A stretch of 54,578 nt of DNA, filler included, from Sluysia triapertura (taxonomy: Eukaryota), in assembly GCA_046118255.1 (NCBI GenBank). It is 4 parts of 4 records of this genome, joined end to end, with 100 filler letters (N's around TTAATTAATTAA, not from the genome) between each part and the next. Parts side by side here need not be neighbours in the genome. Positions count along the whole stretch, not along the records: positions 1 to 14,989 come from JBJNIA010242325.1; positions 15,090 to 26,269 come from JBJNIA010187767.1; 2 more parts are not named here. One strand, written 5' to 3'. A program made the translations under genes and the position numbers. Under the pieces are notes generated by a model, which was given only the letters and a program-made list of their open reading frames with translations, was not told where the DNA came from and searched no databases. The stretch's first letter is position 1, and each line of letters starts with the position of its first letter. This document shows, one piece after another, positions 13,287-24,492 of this stretch.

Positions 13287-14989
13287 ACTCCTTTAATTAT
13301 TTCTTTTTCTTTTAACATAAACTTTATTTAAGTTAAATTTCTTTCAATAATCCTTTACAAACATCAGCTCTGCTTAAGGTTTTTATCTCTTGTTCTGCTA
13401 ATACAAAAACTTAAGTTTTGGAACTTTTTAACACATCCGCCAATTTCTTGTTTTCGACTATCAATACCATACTTGACTTTAAAAAACATAATATATTAAA
13501 CTATTTTCATATGATGTAACTTTAGTGTACATAAATAGAAATGTTTAAATAACAAAGATAGGTAAATATATTACATCACTTAAATAGTGATATTAAAAAT
13601 TATTTAATTCGAAAAATTTAATAATTATTTAAAAGTAACACTTATGACAAAAATAAGGTAAGAAATATTTATTTTTAATATTTAAGATATCCAAATATTT
13701 GATTGTGTAGTAACTGCCGAATAAAGGTCCTGCTTCAGTTGAATGTTGATTTCCGAATCGTTTGACAGTTCGTGAATTATTGATTCGTCTTAAACGTTCA
13801 GAGTGAATTTGTTTTTTTATATTAAGTGTTGAATGATTTGTCGATTTTGACGAATTATCTGGCACTATTTCATCATCATATTCTGATATGTCTTCCACGT
13901 TGCGTATAACACTTACTTCATTAGTAACAGATTATGTTTTAACGAAAGATTTAGTGAAATTTTAAAATCATATAATTAAAATAAAGCTTCTGGAACGATA
14001 TAGTTTTACAAGAAATTTCATTTATTTAATGATATTCTAAAATGAAAGATTTTATGAGTTGAACTGTTTAAAGCTTTGTAGATATTGTTGTTAGAAATGA
14101 GGATAAAATTTTGAGTGAAAGTTTGGACCACCACATTCGAGAATTCAATGATGGTTTATAATTCATTCACATTTCTTTTGGATATTGAGAAATTATTCTA
14201 GTCTTCCTCGCAAATTGAATAACTTTATTATCTATATTTACATCTTCAAAGTAACATGAAAAACTAGAATCACTTATCCTACAAATCTTTAGAATATGGT
14301 GGCCAACATATTCACACAAAATTTTAATACATCACAATACACTAAAAATCACACTTTTACAACATCTAAACTATTCATAACATTAAAAATCATTAAATTT
14401 GTATTTAAAATAATAAAAAATAACAGTAAACTAAATGGAATTTCTTTTAATATTTCCAACTTTCTTTATATTTTCATGCCACATTTCTTCATAATTTTTA
14501 TTTTTTATCTTTTAATTTTGACTTAGCTCTTCCTATCTAAATTATTTTCTAACACTGTAATAACTTCTGGAGGTTACTATTCGCTCGTCTCTGGTATAAG
14601 AGATGGAAGTGCCATTTTAGTTTGATTAAAAATTTGTGTCTTCTTTTAACTAAATGAAATGAGCTAGGCTAAACACACTAAGGTTTATTTATCAAATATA
14701 AATATAAGGTCAAAAAATTCGAATAATATACGCAATATAAAATATAAGATATACCACACGTAGTTATATTTTGAGTGCTCGTGAATACTTAAAAAAAGAA
14801 ATTTAAATTTGATACTTTAATTATTTTAAATGTTATTCTGATAAGGATGGAATAAATAAAAAAACATTAATGTTAATGTAACTCAAATTATAAATACCTT
14901 TGATTAATGTACTGTTGGGATTGCCCAACTGTAGATCAGGAGATGAGTAAGAAACAAATAGAACTGTAAAATCAAGGAAAAACTGATAC

Positions 14990-15089
14990 NNNNNNNNNNN
15001 NNNNNNNNNNNNNNNNNNNNNNNNNNNNNNNNNTTAATTAATTAANNNNNNNNNNNNNNNNNNNNNNNNNNNNNNNNNNNNNNNNNNNN
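14990..15089. other. Artificial contig linker N44-TTAATTAATTAA-N44
   Basis: The identical 100-nt structure occurs three times; the 12-mer puts stops in all six frames. Confidence 0.97.
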
Positions 15090-15733
15090 ATATGAATTAC
15101 CAAATAAATTTATAAAAATTATATTGCACATTGTTAAAAATAAATAACTTATTGTAAATTCGTTTAAATTAAAGTTTATTCGGAAAATGTTAAAGAAATT
15201 CGTTAAATATTTTATGGAACATAAAATGGTTTAGTAATATTCTTAAACAATAAGATAAAAATTAACTAGACAATTAAGTTATTCTATGATATTATTAGAT
15301 ATTATTGACCATATCGTATTATGAATAGAAAACCAATGCAATAATAAGTATATAATACTAGAAAAATTGTATTAAAAGGCGATGGGAAAATAATGTATAT
15401 TTAATATTGAATGATTTTATGAGTTGATAATGTGATTATTTTTGTGGTTTTTTTTACTGCGTAGTGGTTCAAATTATTACTGTTATTACCACTACTATTT
15501 CTGATGCTGCTGCTACGAATAATAATAATAAGTTATTGTAGATGTTATGTTTAGTATTAAAAAGGTTATCGTTATTGTTTTTATTATTTAATTCATTAGG
15601 AAAATTGTTATTAGAATCTAATAAATGTAATTAAGAAATTGGTGTTTAAGGAACATGAATATTTCGTTACAATAAAAATTTTTAAAATAGAAATAACACA
15701 AAATTTACTTATTAAGCGTAAATGAGAATAATT

Positions 15734-16428
15734 TCACATCATTTTTGACACATTCATGCAATAACTGAATCTAGGTACATAACACTCACGTTTATGGAGG
15801 ACGACAGTTCTAGCCGAGATTGGATCGTTGCTCAGACTCATACCATTTTTTACAATAATGTAAATTCCATTATGGACTTTAAGACATAAAACACGATTAA
15901 AATAGTAACATGCATGAACTTTACAAGATATAAACTATTTTAGAATAATATAAATCTTTTTAAGAGTTTCAAACCAAAAAGTAAATGAACATTATTAATT
16001 TTAAAAACGTAATTTAAACCACCATAATCATCTACATGAACTTTATTGACATTACAGGCTCCAGATTGAGGTTGCATATCATCTGAACATGGCATCTTAA
16101 TTTTCAACTGACTAGCCAACATCTTAACATGATCATAATCAGATTTTAATAAATGTAAGTTCGGATTCTTTAGACTAACAATTAAATCTTCGATATAATC
16201 ATAACATTTAAATAAATCAGAATTTAATGTTTTATGAATACTTGAATTCAAAGCAGCATACTGTTTTTTCGGTTGCATCATTAGAGATTCCCAACATTGC
16301 TCTCTCTTGTTTTTATCGCACATAAAATCAACCCGTTCTAATGAATATTCAAAGGCCTTAAGACATACTTCATTTACATAATTCGGATATTCATTATGAT
16401 TTGTACAACATACCTCGGCCAGATTCAT
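15734..16428 (-). CDS. Uncharacterised Cys-containing protein, probably two exons (16428-16020, 15876-15734; about 184 aa)
   Basis: A 162-codon ATG ORF with coding-like composition up to ...DDYG. A weak GTTTAA donor and an AAAG acceptor join it in phase to an open frame VHNGIYIIVKNGMSLSNDPISARTVVLHKRECYVPRFSYCMNVSKMM*. No family recognised. Confidence 0.45.
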
Positions 16429-16911
16429 TTCGAAAAAATTTCTATTTTAAAATTTTTTAAAATGTGTCAGAAAAATGGTGTGTTACCAAAAATAAACACG
16501 ATTATGCAGTAAACCTATATAGTATTTTTAATAATAAAAATATCATAAAATAACATAATATATTTACAATATTTTAATATTATGAAAAAAACGTTTTCTT
16601 AGTAAGAAAATGTGATTCGCAATACTTTAATTGAGTAAACATAATATTCAATAATATAAAACTGTTATATTAAAATTTGATGTTTAAATAGTTTGTTTAA
16701 ACAATATAACATAAATAAAGCAAATATATTATGTATTAAATGACATAAAATGGAGAACAGATGTTAAATGGAAAACAGAGTAAACATTAGTATTGAAAAG
16801 CATTTAAATATAATATGATATAATAATACACGTAACTAAAGTTAATGTTAATATAATTTTCAGTTAATTTAATAAGTGAAGAATGGTCTATAATCGATAT
16901 GACATAAAATT

Positions 16912-17375
16912 TCACACATAGCTGCATTGTTTTGGGTTTAATAAATAAATGATAATCTGATTGTGGAAGAAAGTGTAGCTGAAATCGCCTGATGATTTAT
17001 CAACTGTATGGATGATTTCTTGTAATGTTTCTTTTATTATAGATTTTATTATTGGTTTTCCATTTATTTTGGTAATAAAATCTCCTTTACTTACATTGAG
17101 TGAATTAAATTTATTGACGGCAGAATCTTTAACGAAACTATCGATAACAAATCAATTTGGATTTAATGAAAATAAACTCATCGGTTTTAATATTAATCCC
17201 AGCTTTTGAGCAGCTAGTTTGTTACCTTAAATTTTTGTTCAATATCCTCCGAAACAATAATTTCATTATTACCAACTGCATATTCTAAATTTTCATCGTC
17301 TATTTGATATAATGGTATTCTATCGATTAAAATATTGTTTTCAGTAGATAATTTGTGTAATTTATTTACATTAAT
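16912..17375 (-). pseudogene. Disrupted PDZ-domain gene fragment
   Basis: Reads AQKLGLILKPMSLFSLNPN*FVIDSFVKDSAVNKFNSLNVSKGDFITKINGKPI, the PDZ pattern (LG-phi-x-phi ... FV ... S-A ... GD-x-I-x-x-ING). In-frame TGA at 17152-17154 and a frameshift near 17228. Confidence 0.65.
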
Positions 17376-18089
17376 TCAATTTTTATCGTTTCTAGACAAT
17401 TAGTTTGTATTTATAACAAGTCTCAACAAGTTTAATACGAAAACTACGATCACCTTTTATATTTCAGATGCAAAATATAAAAATATAAAATAAAAAATTG
17501 CGAGATACAAGCAAAAGAATGTTGTGTCATAATGATGACAAGATGGCAACGAACGTTGTGTTTTAAAAAAAGAAATTTTCTTAGGTATCAGTAATTTTGT
17601 AAGGATGAGTGGTGTGATGTTGTGAATGATATGGACAATATATGCTGTAATGTAATTTTTATGATGAGATTTATGTAATTGGTTGCTGTGATTTATATGT
17701 TGTGTATTGTTAGTTTTGGTATATTCAGACAACATTGGACTTTATGTGACATTTTAATTAAGATTTTATTAAATTATTTAAAAAAAATTTGATTATTAAA
17801 AACATTTGATTATTATTATTACTATTATTATTCATTTTTATTATTTGATATTATTATTTTATTATTAACATTCATTTTTTATTTAAATATTATCATCACT
17901 ATTATAAATTAAAATTATATAAAAATATATTATTAATTAAAATTAAAGAAAAAATTAAAATTAGAATCAAAGCTAAAATTATATTATTAAAGAAAAATAT
18001 TATTTTAATACATTGTTTTAAATATGGAAATTATTTATTATTAATTTAATGCATTATTATTGTTTTAATGCATTATTTTAAAATATGGA

Positions 18090-18595
18090 TTTCAATATGG
18101 AGGTAAATTAATCTAGTATATAAATATATTAAAATTAAGACAAACAACACAATAAAATTTCGACACTAAGTTTGAACGAAAAAATTTTCCACAAGTTTCC
18201 AAAGAAGATTTAATATTCATGACAACGTATTCCATAAAAAAGTAATTAATTTTTACATAGGATTTCTTTAGGTTCTAATTTTAAATTAATAGAACTTAAA
18301 ATATTACTTAACCTTTTGTAGTATATGTCAGACCGTAAAAAGGCTGACTTAAAATCTTTTTAAAATACGTTGATCTAAGTATCATACTTAAGATCTAAAT
18401 TGGATATTGTTATTATACAAATATAAATAGTTTTGTGTATAGATTTATATACAATTTGCCTCTTGTTAGTAATAAATTTTTTGTTTGTATATTTAGTATC
18501 CTTTTTTAAAATCACTATAAATTAACCAGACCGTAAAAAGGCTGGTTCAAAGCTTAATATATATTACAATTGACCATACCGTACGAAGGCTGGTT
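18090..18595. repeat. Diverged repeat, copy 1, with three bulged hairpins (18327-18348, 18524-18547, 18572-18595)
   Basis: Shares colinear blocks with 19933-20280: TTTCAATA(T/G)GGAGGTAA, ACAAGTTT...AGAAGA, TCATG...TAAAAAGTAATT, AACTTAAAAT..TTACT.A, then the hairpin. Confidence 0.65.
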
Positions 18596-19932
18596 TCTTA
18601 CGAGCGAATTTATTGTTGAACTATATTTTTGTTTTTAGTGATCAGTTAATTATCTTCAAAGTTTTTCTTGAAATCTAATTAGGACGTCATCTCTTGATAT
18701 AAATCGTGCCTGATTAGTCGGACGGACTTCAGATCCATTTTGCATAAGAGGAAATATCTTGCATTTATATTACCATTTAATATATGCAGTATGCAGATGT
18801 GGGCTGAACCACCAAAATGTATATCTCAAATTTAGGGAATCTAGGCCTATGATTATATTATTCCATCAACATCGCAAATATACGCAAAACTTCATATCAA
18901 ATAATGCTCTACATATTACATCAGTTCCCATATCTTAATTACCAACTTTTAACTTTATAAAACTTATAAAATCTTTAAACAAATCCAAACGATTCATGTC
19001 ATTTAATAACACTATTAAACATTAACTTTAATAAAACATTATAACTCAAGTTTGTCGTCATTATTATTGTTATTATTATCGACATTACTAGTTCGACAAC
19101 AAGCGCAAAGGTTATCGAGACTCAATATTAAAATTTTGTTTTAATTATTTTAGTTGAAAAGTCAATCAATTGTGTCATCCGAATATTTTCGAGAATGTTA
19201 TTAATGTTGCAATAAAAGCATCAAAAATAAAGCATAATCAATTAGAATGCAGTATTATTTCCACTAGTAAATTTGAAAATAATTCTAACTTAAAGTTAAT
19301 AAATGCAACAATATGTATTGATATTTTTTGAAAATGTGTGACAGTAAAATACTTTGCGGTACTATGTGAGTTTACCTACTATTCTAGTCCTACGTGCTAT
19401 GGCTGGTCCGTAGAATTTTTGAAGAATACAAATGGTAAATCTAATGGAGGTCAATTTAATATATTTATCAAAGATTATGTTATTATGTGAAACAATTTTA
19501 ATATATCCAATTAATGATGCTGTAGTTTTGTCCCACTTTTCAGCGAGGTTATCGAAATTGTAAAATCTTAATACGTGCTTTATTCAAATTCCACGTTATC
19601 GCGGTATTATATGCTTTGATTTTACCGTCAGGTTGAAATTTTGTAGTTGAAATTTTGTATATTTTGTATATTTTATGCAAAATTATTCATTTGTATATTT
19701 TAAATAATTATTTTTATTATATAAATTTTAATATTTTAAAATATTAATTTAAATATTTTTAATTGTGGCATAAAGCAGATTTTAATATAAAAATAAATTT
19801 TTTTAAATTTTTAAAATATTTTTAAAATTTAAATTTCATTTGTCTTTATTTTTACTATTATTTTAAAAAAATTCTATTTATCTTTGTTTTTGATAATTTT
19901 GTTTAATTACATCAAATAAAAAATCGGGTAAA

Positions 19933-20280
19933 TTTCAATAGGGAGGTAAGATAATTTAATATAAATAGTTAGGATTTTTGAAGAAAAATCAGAAGAAATT
20001 TTTAATAACTTTTTGCAACAAAAACAAGTTTTTAGAAGAAATAAATCATGTCTATGATTAAAAAGTAATTTTTATTGAATAAGTTTTAAATATTCATTCT
20101 AATAGAAGAATAGTAAAATTTAACTTAAAATCTTTACTAATTTCAAAGCTAGACCTTAACACGGCTAGCGTAATAAAGTTTCAAAATCTAATATCCACCA
20201 ACATGATTAAATTAGGTCTTAAAGTTATCTTGATATTATATTATTGACATAATAATTATTATAGATATTTCTTAGTCTTA
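19933..20280. repeat. Diverged repeat, copy 2, with a bulged hairpin at 20148-20169
   Basis: Same blocks as copy 1; hairpin GCTAG-A-CC-TTAACAC-GG-CTAGC. Confidence 0.65.
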
Positions 20281-20664
20281 CTTTAAGTTGAATTTGATTT
20301 TTTTACGTTGAATTTTATTGATAGATGTGTGGAGGGCAATAAACATTCGAATTTATATTCTTTATTATTTTTTAATTTATTATGGAAATTGCGTATAACT
20401 TTAATTAAACCTAAATTATTTACAGTATTAAATAAATCAACACGCTTTAACAAAGTAGGCGTAAGGCCTGTAACAAATAATAAACTTAAAAAAGTAACTA
20501 AATTTGCCATTTTTTCAACTACCAACAATAAAAAAGAACAAAAATGGTTAATATCAAATAATAATAAAACTACGTTTTTCTGTACATCCACTAGAGTATC
20601 TTCGGGAGTTGCAACCAATAACTGTAATGTTAATAATCCAACCATTATCCAGACAAATTCAATA

Positions 20665-20813
20665 TTAACATTGGGAATGTTTATCGATCGATTTTTCTAT
20701 TACTTCTTTAAGAACACCTCTCGATATTAGATAGTCTCCACCACCACTCATTAACCCTGTTTCGCATACATCTTAGAACATCTACCCATAATTGTTGGTG
20801 TATTTGGATCCAT
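20665..20813 (-). pseudogene. Fragment of a core-1 beta-1,3-galactosyltransferase (C1GALT1-like, GT31)
   Basis: MDPNTPTIMGRCSKMYAKQG[1-nt deletion near 20752]MSGGGDYLISRGVLKEVIEKSIDKHSQC* versus recalled C1GALT1 [39 protein letters not shown]. Confidence 0.75.
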
Positions 20814-20834
20814 ATGTATTACATCGTCAATTTT

Positions 20835-21363
20835 GGCACAAAACACTGGATCAAATTCTTCTTTATCGCCACACGACGGTATTCCATCACAACATAGATG
20901 ATTATTAAAACAGACGCCACAAAATTTTTTATCACCAGTCAACCTTACTAGACTAATAACAATGTCTATTTTTGTTCCAAAGAAAGTCTTATCACATACG
21001 TCATAAATGTATAAACTTGCATACGTTGCATCACCATTAACATAAATGTCTTTTTGGTAGTCATCAAGTAAATCACTTTCTGATTCACTTAATTTTGCAT
21101 TATCTGTAAATGTCAAATATTGTTTTCTGTTAGTAGTAGTATTAAATTCAAATTTAAGGATGTTTATATATAATCTTTTTCCATTGGATGCCTTTATAGA
21201 ACAATTTAATACGTGAGTAAAACCATTCAGTCTTAATTCAAATGTATCGTATAGGCGTGTTATATCATTTTTTTTCTTGACATACATTATTAACCAGTAC
21301 AGCAACAGAACGATGTATTAGTACAATCATGATGCATAAGTTAAATAAATATCCATTACTCAT
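20835..21363 (-). pseudogene. Signal peptide + CUB-like + LDL-receptor class A gene, frameshifted and fused at its 3' end to the C1GALT1-like fragment
   Basis: MSNGYLFNLCIMIVLIHRSVAVLVNNVCQEKK*, frameshifted in the A8 run at 21268-21275, continues NDITRLYD...NCSIKASNGKRLYINILKFEFN...QYLTFTD (CUB-like) and CFNNHLCCDGIPSCGDKEEFDPVFC (LDLa-like). Confidence 0.6.
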
Positions 21364-21459
21364 TTGGTAATATTAAAGTTTAATAATTAATTTTTGTCAA
21401 TTCTAAAAAAATCAATACAAAATTATTAATATATTTAAAGTTTACCAAAATAGAATTGG

Positions 21460-21873
21460 TCATATAATAGTCTGTTGTTTAGCAAACATTTCGAAGCATA
21501 GATATGCGATTCCATCAAGAAATGATATTTGTAAACTTGGAACACAAGCTCTTTCTCTGTCTATTTGTTCAACATGTTTTTGACCAATTGATTTTTCTAA
21601 ATCACCTTGCGTAAAAAGCTCCTCATAGATCAATTCTGCAACTGCTCTTGTATTTTTCCAATTTTTTTAGATTGATCACTTAAATCTGCACATGTCATTA
21701 ACAGATCTCTCAATAACGCATGATGTCCATCATTATTGACATCATATTTTGATTGAATCATAGCTCTTAGTTCGGAAATAATTCTTAGATGTTGAGCTAA
21801 ATCTGAAGCCAAAATAATATCTCGAATTATATCTAAGAATTCCTTATATTCACATGATTCAAAATAAAAGAAT
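21460..21873 (-). pseudogene. PDE2-like cyclic-nucleotide phosphodiesterase, C-terminal half of the catalytic domain, frameshifted
   Basis: EYKEFLDIIRDIILASDLAQHLRI...YDVNNDGHHALLRDLLMTCADLSDQSK[frameshift in A7 run 21662-21668]WKNTRAVAELIYEELFTQGDLEKSIGQKHVEQIDRERACVPSLQISFLDGIA matches recalled PDE2A motifs DIILATDLAHHLRI, LLMTSCDLSDQTKGW, IAELIYKEFFSQGDLEK and LQISF. The metal-binding His motifs are absent. Confidence 0.88.
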
Positions 21874-21899
21874 CTTCATAAATGACAATATAAATTTAT

Positions 21900-24030
21900 T
21901 CAAATTTCGAGGATTAATTGTTGTTTGAAGGCTGGATTTGAACTCTTCAATCATTGCTTGGAATTCACTTTCGGAATAAATTTCTTTAAACTGACCAAAT
22001 CTGTGAACAGTTAAATACTTTCGGTTGCGGAATTCGTTCCAGTAGTATTAAGCTTTCGACCATTCATAATTCGAGATTAAAATAAATATCAACATTTATT
22101 CCGAAGTTTTATTTCATGTGATAAGCCGTTTTTATTTGAGGTTAAGTTATTCGATGGTTGTAATAAATATGGTGTTATAACAGATGTCAAACTCGTTGAA
22201 GTTGTAGACAATATTGCAGTTATGGGAGTGCATTGTTTATATTTATGGTGATGTTGATTGTTAATGTCACCACTTGAAGAATTGTGAAATTTAGATTGTT
22301 TCTGAAAATTCGAAGTTGATGAATGTAGGATCTGTTGATTATGTGAATAACATTGATGATGTAAATGAGAATCTTGTGAATTATTCACGGGTGATTTTCA
22401 TCTGAGTCAAAAGATTTTGATTGTTTATTGTAAGAAAATGAAGTATAATTTTTGTTGGATTTTTCTAACCACAAATGCGAGTCTTTTTTGGTAGATGTGT
22501 AGTATAAAAAAAGAGAAAGAAAGATTCATAATAAGGATAAAAGAAATAATAATAATAATGATAACAATAACATGGTTATTGATACTGAAGTGATGACATA
22601 AAAATTTATTATGAAAATTATTATAAAATTATTATGAAAATTATTATAAAAATTATTATAAAAGCTATTACTTGACAATCATATTAAATAATTATTATTA
22701 TGTATGTATATTGTTTAATAGGATTTGAATCGTAATAATAATAGTGGTAGTTCATGATAATTAGATGTGGTGGTCATGTTTATTTTTGAATGAGTTTAGT
22801 AGTTTGTCTAATAGTCTGTGTATATGCGAAGTGTTTTTATGTGATAAAATGTGATGAACTTTGTGTGATGAATTCTCTACACTCTCATTTAGAAGAATTT
22901 CAAAACTAAATGTTGCGACATTCAAATAATCGCGTAAACCTTTTAATAAATATTGCATAATTTCATTTACGTCTAAACTAATTTTATATGCACTTTGACA
23001 TTTTTTGTATATCTTGTTGATGATAAGAAAATATTTGAGTTCTGCGCATGTGGCGAAGAAATTGTAACGGAAATATCAACATTAGTCGAAATAATAGGTT
23101 TAAAACATAACATAACTAATTCTTTATTACTTAATTTTCGAGCTGGTGCATCTGATTCAAATCCGAATGATTGTTTTGTATGAATAATATACCGATAACA
23201 TTAGTTTTAAAAATGTTAATATTTGAAATTCCACTCTGCTTAAGTTGCCTATCTAATATTAATATCATTCTAAAACTTAAATTTGGTATTTTGTTATGAT
23301 ATAACTTCCAACTTTTAACCCGACTAAGACTTGCATTTTGTACAAAGTAGTTTGGTGTAGATTCTAGGTTTTCGTTTAAACATACTATTACTTTATCTAA
23401 AACATGGTAATATTTACGAGATGTATTTTTATGATCCTGCTGCTGATAACTAGAATGTTCACTACTAACGACGTTACCTGCACTACTTGTTGATATCGTT
23501 TCGATGTTTACTGATACTAGACTAAATAAGTAATATCTCGAAATCAATTCTGTTAGTGACGTTAATTCTTCATTATTTCCAATTTTGGATAAATTTGGAT
23601 CAAATTTATCAAGAGTAATATAATCTACATAAGCATCTTTTTGTGGACTGATTTTATCATGAGATCTTGATTTAATAAAATTCATTTTCAAAAGAATGGA
23701 TTCTTTTGGTATTGTATTAAATTTTATTAATTATTTTTGTTTTTTAACTATCCTCTAAAAATAACAAATTAATATTTTATTGTTTTCTTTCCAATTCGTT
23801 AAAATTTTTAAGTTTTTTGAGAATTTGTTTTAATAAACGTTATTATTGGTCATCCAATCAGGCTTTTAATAAAGATGAATGAGAATAATAAGTCCTGATT
23901 CGATGGTGTGTGATATTTGGCTGTACAACTATTGATACTGATGATTGACCATCGTCAGTGTTGGCACATTAATTAGGATTATGATACATAGTGTCAACAG
24001 TGGTGATGGTAGTAACCAGTTTATATGACA
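21900..24030 (-). pseudogene. Multiply frameshifted coding remnant, possibly the N-terminus and GAF region of the same PDE2-like gene
   Basis: Chain of open frames broken by stops and frameshifts (ORFs 23131-23691, 22761-22958, 22089-22388). ISLDVNEIMQYLLKGLRDYLNVATFSFEILL resembles a GAF N-terminal helix. LTVHRFGQFKEIYSESEFQAMIEEF weakly resembles a GAF C-terminus. Confidence 0.4.
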
Positions 24031-24065
24031 ATTAATGAAATTTTAATGAAATAATTTAATGATTG

Positions 24066-24105
<40 letters not shown>
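24066..24105. repeat. (AAT)n microsatellite
   Basis: Perfect run. Confidence 0.95.
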
Positions 24106-24108
<3 letters not shown>

Positions 24109-24396
24109 TATTGTTAATATTATTAAATAAAAGAAAATCGCATAAACATCTTTTAACTAATTTGTACACGATATTTTCTTTCGTCTATATCTTATATTTC
24201 TCACATATGAAGATAGAAAATAAAATAAAAATTACTGACTTTGGGTGGAATAGCAACGACAACAGAATTCTCTAAAATTGTAATGGATTTTGTTATTCTT
24301 CTTGAAGGATTTTAATATGTTTAAATAAATTAAAATTGTATTCAAGACTAATTTTCTGAGTAATAATTGTTTCGAAAGAATGAACCCTTAAGATAC

Positions 24397-24492
24397 TGTT
24401 AGACTTCGTAAAATGGACTGACCGGGGAACGAACCCGGGACCATCGTCTGCGCAGTCGATGCTCTACCACTGAGCTATAGCCCAGTCTAACA
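24397..24492 (-). mobile_element. tRNA-derived element bounded by 9-bp TG...CA inverted repeats (SINE or TRIM solo-LTR-like), copy 1
   Basis: Minus strand reads TGTTAGACT-GGGCTATAGCTCAGTGGTAGAGC (box A)...GGTCCCGGGTTCGTTCCCCGG (box B, T-arm)-TCAGTCCA-TTTT-ACGA-AGTCTAACA. Anticodon arm is degenerate. A second copy starts at 54502. Confidence 0.8.

Noticed and set aside
13629-14300. Possible LTR-retrotransposon integrase remnant (GGPNFHSKF; RLRRINNSRTVKRFG) on the minus strand
   Set aside because: Two short, weak motifs without colinear support; needs a profile search.
17152-17154. In-frame TGA in the PDZ fragment as evidence for a variant genetic code or selenocysteine
   Set aside because: The same fragment also has a frameshift. 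Intact genes use TGG for Trp and end in TAA, TAG or TGA, so ordinary decay explains it.
18327-20175. Resemblance of GACCGT...AAGG and GGCTAGCGTAAT to a mitochondrial 16S rRNA motif (NUMT)
   Set aside because: Only a few matching bases, no other rRNA conserved blocks, and the self-complementary flanks fit a hairpin repeat better.
18300-20200. Hairpins as canonical Helitron 3' termini or a CRISPR-like array
   Set aside because: No CTRR at the expected distance on either strand, repeat similarity continues past the hairpin, spacing is irregular, and there are no cas genes in this eukaryotic context.
20283-20730. ORFs 20308-20730 (+) and 20283-20645 (-; LLVATP faintly DEAD-box-like), plus shadow ORFs 2686-2907, 17012-17209, 22995-23183 and 43228-43485
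   Set aside because: No convincing motifs. Most are antisense or alternative-frame shadows of other coding sequence.
24397-24492. Functional tRNA gene
   Set aside because: The acceptor stem needs a gap, and the anticodon arm is irregular and differs between the two copies.
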